DNA of 25,953 nucleotides from Thermodesulfovibrionales bacterium (GCA_044450345.1 JBIOIY010000044.1:1-25953), one strand, 5' to 3'; positions 18,956-25,953 are shown, numbered from the stretch's first letter. Notes: a model not told the origin generated them from the sequence alone. A program made the numbers and translations.

Positions 18956-20265
18956 CGCCCTTCCCCCAAGGTCTCCGAGATGCCGCAGATCGATTCGCTT
19001 CTTGCAATCGCCTTTTCCCTTTCGGCAAGCTGGACCCAGTAAAGGTTTTCGAATTCTATCAGGGACTTCAGTCTGGAAATTACGGTCAAAGCCTCTGCCT
19101 TCCCCGTCGCATATCCGGCGAGGGCGGACTCGAAATCCTGGTAGGACTTGGGGATCAGACCGCCTTTATATAAATCCATCAGCCTCTCGGCTGTCCTGAT
19201 CATCGAATAATTGTCCCTGATACTTGAAGCCAACATCAGCTTCGTCGCCTCAAGTTCATTTTTCGCCTCCAGCTGCATCGCCTCCGCCTCCAAAACGCCC
19301 TGCCTCTGCTTGGTTTTGTAGTATAGGGGGATGTTGATCGTGGTCGTAAGCGCCCACATGTCCATGAAGGGTCCGCCTTTCTTGTCGTACTCGGCAGTGA
19401 TCGTAAAATCCGGATAATATTCCCTGTGGGCCAGGTCCACCCTGAGTCCGGAGGCCGCAACCATCCTCTCCTTCGCCTTTATCTCGGGAGATTTCTCATA
19501 GGCGTGCAACAGCATCTCATCAACGGTGCGGCCATAGGGGCTGTATGCAGGCTCGATAGGTCTTCCCAGAGGGGCGTTCACATCCCTTCCCACCGTGGTA
19601 TTCAGCATAGCCTCGGCCGACTGGATCTTCTGCTTCAGCATCTCTTCCTTTTCGAGGAGCATATACTTTTCGGTCTGGGCCATCAACACCTCTTGCTGCG
19701 AGCCCATGCCCGAGGAATAGCGCGCTACCGCTGCGTCCTCGATCTGCGAAAAAAGAGAAAGCCTCTCCTTTATCAGATCGATATTTTTATAGGCGAGGAA
19801 AAGGTCATAGTAGACCTCCCTGATTTTCGAGACCACCTTCAGCCGCGTAAACGTCTTTATATCGCCGAGGGTCTCTGCGTCCGTCGATGCGATCTGCCCC
19901 TTTAACCCGCGCTTGCCGGGAAACGGGAACATCTGAGAGCCGGAGAACATCCACTGGGACATCAGGGTTTCTCCGTAAGAATACCGGTTGAATCCCTCGT
20001 TCTGGTACCCGAACATAAGCATCGGGTCAGGCAGACTCTTTGCCTGGGGTATCCTGAAACGGGCGGCGGCGGCCCTGGCCTCGGAGGCCCGGATCTCGGG
20101 ACTCTTCGTCAGCGCCTCCTCGATGAGATCCTTAAGCTTCAGATCATCGGCAGACGAAACCCCGAAAAAAAGAAAGATGGAAAATATTGCGAAAAGCGCA
20201 ATGAGCAACCGGGTGGGGAATTCGGTAATCCATCCGACACCTATTACGCCTGACACATTTTTCAT
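18952..20265 (-). CDS. TolC/CusC-family outer membrane efflux protein
   Basis: SLPDP, SQMFPFPGKR, REYYPDF, INIPLY; overlaps the cusB start (ATGA). Confidence 0.9.
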   Translation of the reverse strand: MKNVSGVIGVGWITEFPTRLLIALFAIFSIFLFFGVSSADDLKLKDLIEEALTKSPEIRASEARAAAARFRIPQAKSLPDPMLMFGYQNEGFNRYSYGETLMSQWMFSGSQMFPFPGKRGLKGQIASTDAETLGDIKTFTRLKVVSKIREVYYDLFLAYKNIDLIKERLSLFSQIEDAAVARYSSGMGSQQEVLMAQTEKYMLLEKEEMLKQKIQSAEAMLNTTVGRDVNAPLGRPIEPAYSPYGRTVDEMLLHAYEKSPEIKAKERMVAASGLRVDLAHREYYPDFTITAEYDKKGGPFMDMWALTTTINIPLYYKTKQRQGVLEAEAMQLEAKNELEATKLMLASSIRDNYSMIRTAERLMDLYKGGLIPKSYQDFESALAGYATGKAEALTVISRLKSLIEFENLYWVQLAEREKAIARSESICGISETLGEGR

Positions 20266-20271
20266 TGAGAT

Positions 20272-20661
20272 TTACTGTGCATCTACGTTGAACTTCATCG
20301 TCGAGATCTTGCCGCCCTTTGCGATCTTCACCGAGACATTCCAGGCGCCCGACATCGAAAGGTTCAGCGTCGTCTTGTACTCGCTGCCGGTGAGTGTGGC
20401 GTCTGCCTTATAGTTCATCGCGGGCATGCCCTGCATCGCCGGCATAGAATATTCGACCCTCACCTTTGCGTCGGCCACAGCCTTGCCCGAGGCGTCCTTG
20501 ACCGCGATCGTGAGAATATTGTCTCCGGCGACGGGCGGGTTCTTGTCGATCGTAGCGACCACGTCGTAGTCCCCGGCCTTCTTCTTCACTTCATAATTTT
20601 TCGCGTAGGCGATCCCCGCAATCAAAAGCAGGGCCATTGTTACTGCAGCTATTTTCTTCAT
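20272..20661 (-). CDS. FixH/YtkA-like exported Met-motif protein (candidate periplasmic copper-binding protein)
   Basis: SD GAGGAGGAG then ATG 20661; signal peptide ending AYA; YSMPAMQGMPAM; LSMSGAW; first gene of the cus operon. Confidence 0.8.
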   Translation of the reverse strand: MKKIAAVTMALLLIAGIAYAKNYEVKKKAGDYDVVATIDKNPPVAGDNILTIAVKDASGKAVADAKVRVEYSMPAMQGMPAMNYKADATLTGSEYKTTLNLSMSGAWNVSVKIAKGGKISTMKFNVDAQ

Positions 20662-20846
20662 TATTCTCCTCCTCAAAATAATAATATTCATTCGTAATTG
20701 CAACATACCCAGTATATTCTTTACGAGATGCCTTCTTTTGTAAAGCGTTCCGCTCCTTTTGCTTCTCAAGACCAATATCTCATATCGCGGAATCGCAGTC
20801 AATGCAAAACCCGATAAAACAGATCGCTGTCGCCGAAGCAGGTTTC

Positions 20847-20870
20847 TCATCCGACGCAGCATATATTCAT
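20847..20870 (-). CDS. Candidate leader peptide MNICCVG upstream of the cus operon
   Basis: GGAGGTGA (20881-20874), ATG ATG AAT ATA TGC TGC GTC GGA TGA; overlaps alternative hairpins. Confidence 0.45.
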   Translation of the reverse strand: MNICCVG

Positions 20871-21125
20871 CATTCACCTCCCACAGAAATATTTATTCAT
20901 GCCATCAATGTAAACAATTATTGTGAAGAAATGTTGAAATTCCGGTATCTTTCGCTTTTTTTCGAGATTTACCTGGAAATGGTGAAAGATTGCTTTTTTC
21001 CTTTACGCCTAACGTTCTTGCGTCTCAACGTGTTTTTTTCAGTTGCCGGTCTGCAATTTCCATGGTAAAAGAATAGTAGGGTTACACATCATGGATTCGG
21101 CAAAACAAAAAAAGGGAGGAGTACC

Positions 21126-21605
21126 ATGGACAGAAGAGATTTTCTGAAAAATACGGCAATAGGGGCTTTATCGATGACTGTCGCGGCGGAGGCCTTCGGC
21201 GCCGATATCTTTTACCCTACAGGTGTCGACAAAACTCTGTTCGAAGCATTCAACAGGGCAAAGGACCCGGCGAACAAGACGCCGCTTGAGAAATCGCACG
21301 CGCCGTTCATTACAGCTCCCGGCAAAATAAAGGCGGGAGAGCCCTTCACGGTCGAAGTAAGTGTCGGTGAGAACCTGCATGCCATGGGTCCGGCACACTG
21401 GATCGAGTATATAGAGCTTAACATCGGCAATGAGCCTGCCGGAATAGTAAGCTTTCAGTCTAAAGGATACCTGAAACCGAAGGCAGCATTCACTGTAGTG
21501 CTGACGAAAGAGGCCGCACCTAACGGCAAGGTCACACTGATCGCCCGTCAGCGGTGCAATCTCCACGGCCTCTGGGAAAGCGTCATGGATGTGGAAGTGT
21601 CATAA
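21126..21605 (+). CDS. Superoxide reductase-like (desulfoferrodoxin ferrous-iron domain) protein with Tat signal
   Basis: MDRRDFLK Tat motif; ligand pattern EKSHAP, HAM..AHWIEYI, CNLHG; SD GGAGGA. Confidence 0.85.
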   Translation: MDRRDFLKNTAIGALSMTVAAEAFGADIFYPTGVDKTLFEAFNRAKDPANKTPLEKSHAPFITAPGKIKAGEPFTVEVSVGENLHAMGPAHWIEYIELNIGNEPAGIVSFQSKGYLKPKAAFTVVLTKEAAPNGKVTLIARQRCNLHGLWESVMDVEVS

Positions 21606-21616
21606 TTACGTACTTC

Positions 21617-21643
21617 GTAGGGGCGTATCGCGATACGCCCCAC
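21617..21643. repeat. REP-like palindrome GTAGGGGCGTATCGCGATACGCCCCAC
   Basis: Second copy of the 8277 element, 11 nt after the SOR-like stop codon. Confidence 0.75.
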
Positions 21644-21683
21644 TATTATAATCATAGGTGTCCGCCATATATCTAAAGGGTCT

Positions 21684-21731
21684 GTCATTCCCGCGCCATG
21701 CCTGCCGGCAGGCAGGAAGGCGGGAATCCAG
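21684..21731. repeat. GTCATTCCCGCG-AAGGCGGGAATCCAG palindrome interrupted by a CCTGCCGGCAGG-type palindrome
   Basis: Outer parts 21684-21695 and 21717-21731; insert 21696-21716; uninterrupted relative at 22070-22096. Confidence 0.8.
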
Positions 21732-21745
21732 TCTTTATTGTTAAT

Positions 21746-21949
21746 GTGGGGCGTTGCCCCATACCCCAGTTACCTTTCTTACATGCCTAAGAAAGGGTAA
21801 CCCAAAGAACGCACCCCGACGAAAATTTCATACGGCTGCGCCGGTTGCCCTCGCTAAATTTTAGAACTCGCCCCTAACATCGGTGCTCAGACATGCTAAA
21901 ATTTTTAACGCTCCGGGCGACCGTGCTCGCCTAAATTTTCGAAGGGGCC
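21746..21949. repeat. About 200-nt highly structured intergenic element (MITE-like or ncRNA)
   Basis: Stems: 21769-21780/21789-21801, 21820-21828/21933-21941, 21842-21850/21915-21923 and 21856-21864/21896-21904. Confidence 0.65.
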
Positions 21950-21984
21950 AAGAAGTATCCGATAATCATTATTGATTGTGTCTT

Positions 21985-22096
21985 GTCATTCCGGCTCGCC
22001 TGCCTGCCGGTAGGCAGGTCCGGAATCTTTCCCAGTCCCCTCCTTGGAGGGGTGTAGGGATGGGTGGCCGTCATTCCCACGCAGGCGGGAATCCAG
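21985..22096. repeat. Cluster of short palindromic repeats (nested GTCATTCCGG..CCGGAATC, CCCCTCC-TT-GGAGGGG, GTCATTCCC..GGGAATCCAG)
   Basis: 21985-22028 with insert 21999-22018; 22037-22052; 22070-22096. Confidence 0.8.
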
Positions 22097-22559
22097 GTTC
22101 CATTTATTGTCTTTGACTTTTTCATTTCACTATTCACCTTTCACGTCTTCTTGATTCTTAAGCAGACTGCTGATCGCTGACAGCTGATAGCTTTTGTTTC
22201 CCTCCTTGCTATTTACTTCTTACTACTCGCTGCCTTACAATGATTTGAGCGGATCGGGGGATCTTCTGCCCTCATTCACGCTCGCCTTATCGGAAATGCA
22301 GGTCTCAAAAGAGAAGGGGATGTTCAATCAATTGATATTGCCGCAGCAGTGGAGGGCTGCAATAAACGGCGGTAGCCTGCCTGCTGTCCGTGTGTAGGGC
22401 CTGCGCTATGAAGGCGGAACTCCTGAAGTTTTTTTTTCGACGTGTCCACCATGATCCCCATTTTTTACGACTATTCGTATTTGGTCGGTATTACTATAAT
22501 ATACGGAATACGGTAATAGACATATGTTGATTTTAAACCTTTTTTTTCTCTAATATTTT

Positions 22560-22624
22560 TTGAATATGCTATATTGATAACGAAAAAGGGGAAAATCAGG
22601 AAGTTCGTATATTAATTGTTAAGT
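22560..22624 (+). other. attI-like site and candidate cassette promoter
   Basis: GTTAAGTTC at 22618-22626 is the exact reverse complement of GAACTTAAC ending cassette 1. The upstream sequence is AT-rich with no attC fold; extended -10 TGCTATATT at 22567-22575. Confidence 0.55.
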
Positions 22625-22629
22625 TCAAA

Positions 22630-23241
22630 ATGAAAAAGAAAATAATAAAAACATTACTTATTCTACTGGTGGTCATAATCAGCTTTGTTGCTGGTTTCAC
22701 CACATCTGAATACCGGTGGAAGAAAAACCGACCTATCCGGGCATCCATGGCTGCTTTCTCCGGTACATGCGCTTATCAAAAAAAAGATATTCCAGAGGCG
22801 TTAGAGGACCTTTATGCAGCAGTTTACCTAGATCCTTCAAACTCGGATGCTCATCTCGGACTTGGGTCCTTATTTTATGAGCAAGGATTATATGATTTAT
22901 CGCTCCACGAATATGGAAAATACCTACAAAATCCAACAAACGGAATGCTCACGATATTCTCTGAAAAAAAATATAAACAACAATCAGAGAGAATGGTAAA
23001 GCGTGACGTCGCATGGGTCTACTGTTATATCGGCGATATTTACGAAAAGAAAGGCGATAAGTCGAAGTCAATAGAGAATTACGGCAAGGCGCAAAAGAGC
23101 GACCCAGACTTTAAAAAGTACATTGAGACCTATATCAAATTCATAAACGACATGAAAGTAAAAGAGCCAAGACATATTAAAAAGCTCGAACTTTTGACCA
23201 AAACTCTCACAAGAATCAAAGAGGCGGAAAAAGGAACTTAA
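22630..23241 (+). CDS. Membrane-anchored tetratricopeptide-repeat protein (gene cassette 1)
   Basis: N-terminal TM; TPR-like LDPSNSDAHLGLG..Y and YCYIGDIY...A...DP; the stop codon lies inside the attC R'' box. Confidence 0.8.
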   Translation: MKKKIIKTLLILLVVIISFVAGFTTSEYRWKKNRPIRASMAAFSGTCAYQKKDIPEALEDLYAAVYLDPSNSDAHLGLGSLFYEQGLYDLSLHEYGKYLQNPTNGMLTIFSEKKYKQQSERMVKRDVAWVYCYIGDIYEKKGDKSKSIENYGKAQKSDPDFKKYIETYIKFINDMKVKEPRHIKKLELLTKTLTRIKEAEKGT

Positions 23242-23323
23242 CAACCGGCTCGACCAGATGGCGAATAAGCTCGGCGGGTTTTGCAAGGGTGGTTGCCGCC
23301 ACTGGTCAGCCACATCGTTGTGC
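23236..23323 (+). other. Integron attC site 1 (88 bp)
   Basis: R'' ACTTAAC-5 nt-L'' GCTCGACC ... L' GGTCAGC-6 nt-R' GTTGTGC; extra C and A on the top strand (bottom-strand extrahelical G and T). Confidence 0.9.
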
Positions 23324-23356
23324 ATCAAATAGATTAATAGAAAAGGAAGGCGTCTA

Positions 23357-23983
23357 ATGCCAAATATCCCCTCCATATGTTTAAATCCAGCTTGTGGCCT
23401 TATCTTCCCATCTGGCGTTATTGTTGAACGCACGCCAGGAGCAGAAAAGGCTTCAGAGCCAGAATATGTTGAATTTATCAATTGCAGTGGCGCAGCATGT
23501 CCAAAGTGTGGCTCCGAAGGAAGAATCCCTAATGGCCGATATGATATTTTCGGTGAGACTCTCTTCGCCATGCTCCACGATGTCGCAGACACAGAAATAA
23601 TCAGGCAATCAATCGCGGTCATAAAAACCAACATCGCCGCGCAGGCAACGCCAGAAAAGATCGCAGAAGAGATGACAAAGGCCGCGCCTGAATTACAAAC
23701 CCTGTGGGACTGTATCCCAAAGACCAGAGTAGAAGCATACGCTTTTATCACGCTGTTGATTTTAGTTCTAACAAAATTCATTGATTATTATCCTTCTCTA
23801 AAGTCTCCAAATGCGAATACAACTGTTATACAACAGCAAATCATCAATCAATCTTTTCAGCAATTCTACGCTCAAGATATTCCAGCGAAACCCGCCATCC
23901 AACGAGATAGCCATAATAAAAAGAAGAAAAAACAACAGCGAAAAATGAAAAAAGATACTCAGCGGAAGTCAAAGAAAAAATGA
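23357..23983 (+). CDS. Hypothetical protein with zinc-ribbon-like Cys pairs and Lys-rich tail (gene cassette 2)
   Basis: CLNPAC...CPKC, a hydrophobic stretch and a basic C-terminus; SD AAGGAAGG; cassette start GTTGTGCAT matches its end ATGCACAAC. Confidence 0.75.
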   Translation: MPNIPSICLNPACGLIFPSGVIVERTPGAEKASEPEYVEFINCSGAACPKCGSEGRIPNGRYDIFGETLFAMLHDVADTEIIRQSIAVIKTNIAAQATPEKIAEEMTKAAPELQTLWDCIPKTRVEAYAFITLLILVLTKFIDYYPSLKSPNANTTVIQQQIINQSFQQFYAQDIPAKPAIQRDSHNKKKKKQQRKMKKDTQRKSKKK

Positions 23984-23999
23984 GCACTAATAGACCCAT

Positions 24000-24087
24000 G
24001 CACAACAATCGCATCCAGCCGAGTCGCAATAAGTGCGATTCGTCTTCACTTTTACTGTACGCTCCCGGCTGATGCACGGCGTTGAAG
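24000..24087 (+). other. Integron attC site 2 (R' followed by an IS-like end)
   Basis: R'' GCACAAC-5 nt-L'' CATCCAGC ... L' GCTGATG-6 nt-GTT(24081). Confidence 0.88.
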
Positions 24088-24101
24088 CTGTAGAAAAAGT
24101 C
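24084..24101. mobile_element. Solo IS/MITE terminal repeat directly after the attC2 GTT
   Basis: GAAGCTGTAGAAAAA is 13/15 identical to the MITE left end GAACCTGTAGGAAAA at 24901; no matching right end found. Confidence 0.55.
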
Positions 24102-24205
24102 TAAAAAAGGCTGGAAGAACGCCATTCTGATTTGATAAGATGCTAGTGGTGGGGTCACCCATTGTCCCTTGTGAAGATCCAATCAAGTAAAAAAAGGAGG
24201 AAAAG

Positions 24206-24808
24206 ATGGAATATGATTTTCTCATAGACACTTATGATACTGAACGACTAAAAATTCTCGGTGTTTGGAGCACGTTCATGGATGATGATCTTTCAATTCG
24301 GCCTCATCCATTGGATAAAAGAGACAGAAATGCCCTCGAACACATGGTGCATCAGTGTTTGAGTGAAAATAGGTGGTTTTGCAATATGTTCGGCATTGAT
24401 GTTGGAGCGCCTCCCTTGCCTGATCCGGAAACACGCATCGAGTTTATAAAGCGGTATGCTGAAGATAGTGGAAAGCGGCTTGCCGCTCTTAAGAAAAAGG
24501 ATAAAGCCTGGTGGGAAATTGAGGCATCCTTTTTTGATGTTATAAGAACAAGAGCTTGGATTCTGCTGAGAAGGATAACACATACTGCGCATCATCGGGC
24601 AGAGCAGGGAGTTTTGCTTAGATTGTTGGGGAGAGAAAACTACAGTGTATATGGACCGTCGATTGATTCAGGGTGTTTGCCTGAACACGGGGCTGTTACC
24701 ATATATCCATATCCTGACATTGAATCTCTTATTAAAGGAGAGTCTGCAGGTGGGCAGAAAGCGAAATTACCGGGACCTGGAGATAAGCCATGCACAGAGC
24801 GTCCGTAA
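24206..24808 (+). CDS. DinB-family protein (gene cassette 3)
   Basis: EHMVHQCLSE and RRITHTAHHRAEQ (His triad), SVYGP; SD AAGGAGG. Confidence 0.85.
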   Translation: MEYDFLIDTYDTERLKILGVWSTFMDDDLSIRPHPLDKRDRNALEHMVHQCLSENRWFCNMFGIDVGAPPLPDPETRIEFIKRYAEDSGKRLAALKKKDKAWWEIEASFFDVIRTRAWILLRRITHTAHHRAEQGVLLRLLGRENYSVYGPSIDSGCLPEHGAVTIYPYPDIESLIKGESAGGQKAKLPGPGDKPCTERP

Positions 24809-24857
24809 TGTTGAGAAGAAGCACTCTAGTGAGTGGAGTCAAATCGACTTTTCACTC

Positions 24858-24904
24858 ATTTAACAAAAAATGCACCAGATAAACTGGTGATTTTCACGTT
24901 GAAC
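24858..24904 (+). other. Integron attC site 3, ultrashort (47 bp)
   Basis: R'' ATTTAAC-AAAAA-L'' ATGCACCA-G-ataaa-C-L' TGGTGAT-TTTCAC-GTT(24898). Confidence 0.75.
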
Positions 24905-25118
24905 CTGTAGGAAAACCCCTGAATGAGCATGATTTTGATGGTTCAGGTGGTGGCAGTAAAGTCTCGGATCGAAATAGAATGCGTGATGGAAATGCGTCAG
25001 AGCCACAATGATAGGCCTTCCCGCATCTCATTGGGAACAAATGATTCGGTCAGTAGTAAATCGCACTGTGACGCTTCCGGTGCGTCGGGGTCTAAAAGGT
25101 GACTTATCCTACAGACTC
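24901..25118. mobile_element. 218-bp MITE inserted at the attC3 GTT, flanked by GTT direct repeats
   Basis: Left end GAACCTGTAGGAAAA; right end reverse complement GAGTCTGTAGGATAA (12/15); GTT at 24898-24900 and 25119-25121; no transposase. Confidence 0.75.
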
Positions 25119-25154
25119 GTTAGTGGCAAAGCCCATATTCGGAGGACAGAATTA

Positions 25155-25763
25155 ATGTCACCCGACAAATACAAATCATATCAATCACTCAAGGACAGTG
25201 AACTGCAAAATGCCGACTATGAAATCCTATATAGCAGCCGTCCATCTAAATACATAGTCATGGCCCCTCATGGCGGCGGGATTGAACCGGGTACGACAGA
25301 GATTGCTGAAGCCATCGCAGGTGATACCTTTAGTTTTTACTCGTTTTCGGGCACCAAAGAGAAGGGCAATAAGGTTCTTCATATCGCAAGCGAACGATTT
25401 GATGAGCCAATCGGTCTCACTTTGGTGAAATCTTCAGGCACGGCCGTTACTGTACATGGGTGTGAAGGAAATGATCAATATGTATGTCTAGGGGGATTGA
25501 ATGATGAACTGGTAGAAAAAATATCGGCTTCACTCAAAAAAGCCGGTTTTCCGGTGAAAGAAGAAGTCCAGTCTCATTTGGCGGGGAAACAGCCCAATAA
25601 TATTTGCAATCGTTCTAAAGAGGGCAAAGGTGTTCAAATCGAGATTAGTCACGGCCTTAGAAAGTTAATGATAAAAGGGATGAATCGTACAGAAAGAAAG
25701 GAGAGAACAGGAAAATTTGTCGTATTTATTCAAGCTATTCAGGATGTTCTTAGCAATTATTGA
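25155..25763 (+). CDS. Poly-gamma-glutamate hydrolase family protein (DUF867/PghP-like), gene cassette 4
   Basis: APHGGGIEPGTTEIA, HIASERFDEP, TVHG, NICN, GVQIEIS; SD GGAGG 25141, ATG 25155. Confidence 0.85.
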   Translation: MSPDKYKSYQSLKDSELQNADYEILYSSRPSKYIVMAPHGGGIEPGTTEIAEAIAGDTFSFYSFSGTKEKGNKVLHIASERFDEPIGLTLVKSSGTAVTVHGCEGNDQYVCLGGLNDELVEKISASLKKAGFPVKEEVQSHLAGKQPNNICNRSKEGKGVQIEISHGLRKLMIKGMNRTERKERTGKFVVFIQAIQDVLSNY

Positions 25764-25953
25764 ATCCCGAGCTGTGGAACGAAGATATTGGTGAGTAAAA
25801 TGATATGTAATAGCATCAGCGTCCGACTGTTTTTTGCATAAAGCAATATAACTCATTGAAAGAATAATATAATAATGACATTTCGACCTGTTACCGACTT
25901 GAAATATTTTCAGCCAGTCGGTCATCGTTCCGGGGACACCCGGAAGGAGACGA

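Noticed and set aside
5218..19905. Many long plus-strand ORFs (e.g. 5218-6108, 9223-10332, 12598-13584, 16475-17299)
   Set aside because: They are antisense shadows of well-supported minus-strand genes and show no family motifs.
20662..20877. 72-aa N-terminal extension of the FixH-like ORF in the ORF track
   Set aside because: A strong SD and signal peptide begin at ATG 20661; the extension is leader sequence.
21600..22230. CRISPR array, or small ORFs 21931-22137 and 22194-22397
   Set aside because: The repeats are of different families with irregular spacing and no cas genes; the ORFs are translations of repeats or lack an SD and motifs.
22240..22460. Degenerate intI remnant divergent from the attI-like site
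   Set aside because: Manual translation of the minus frames (e.g. MVDTSKKKLQEFRLH...) showed no recognisable recombinase motif; a tblastn search would be needed.
23068..23781. 237-aa minus-strand ORF
   Set aside because: It crosses attC1 and is antisense to two cassette genes.
25008..25154. N-terminal extension of the last cassette gene
   Set aside because: It starts inside the MITE; the SD GGAGG supports ATG 25155.

Overview
Bacterial chromosomal window; gene content and repeat types suggest an anaerobic Nitrospirota- or Desulfobacterota-like organism (inference). The left 1.15 kb looks like the end of an island inserted in tRNA-Leu(UAA): only the 5' half of the tRNA is present, followed by a frameshifted FixH/YtkA-like gene and a MerR regulator. 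The core block (1.3-14.3 kb) holds tusA, a GYD protein, nifU-nifS, mtgA, rmuC, argB, an internally deleted FmdE-like gene, rlpA, hslU-hslV-xerC-trmFO and glgC. A Cu(I)/Ag(I) RND efflux operon (FixH/YtkA-like, cusC, cusB, cusA; 14.3-20.9 kb) is preceded by a tiny Cys-Cys leader ORF with alternative hairpins, and a Tat-signal superoxide reductase-like gene is transcribed divergently. A dense patch of palindromic and nested repeats lies at 21.6-22.2 kb. The AT-rich right end (22.6-25.8 kb) is an integron-type cassette array with an attI-like start, three attC sites (one only 47 bp) and no adjacent intI. Two of the attC sites carry related IS/MITE ends inserted exactly at the GTT of the R' box.
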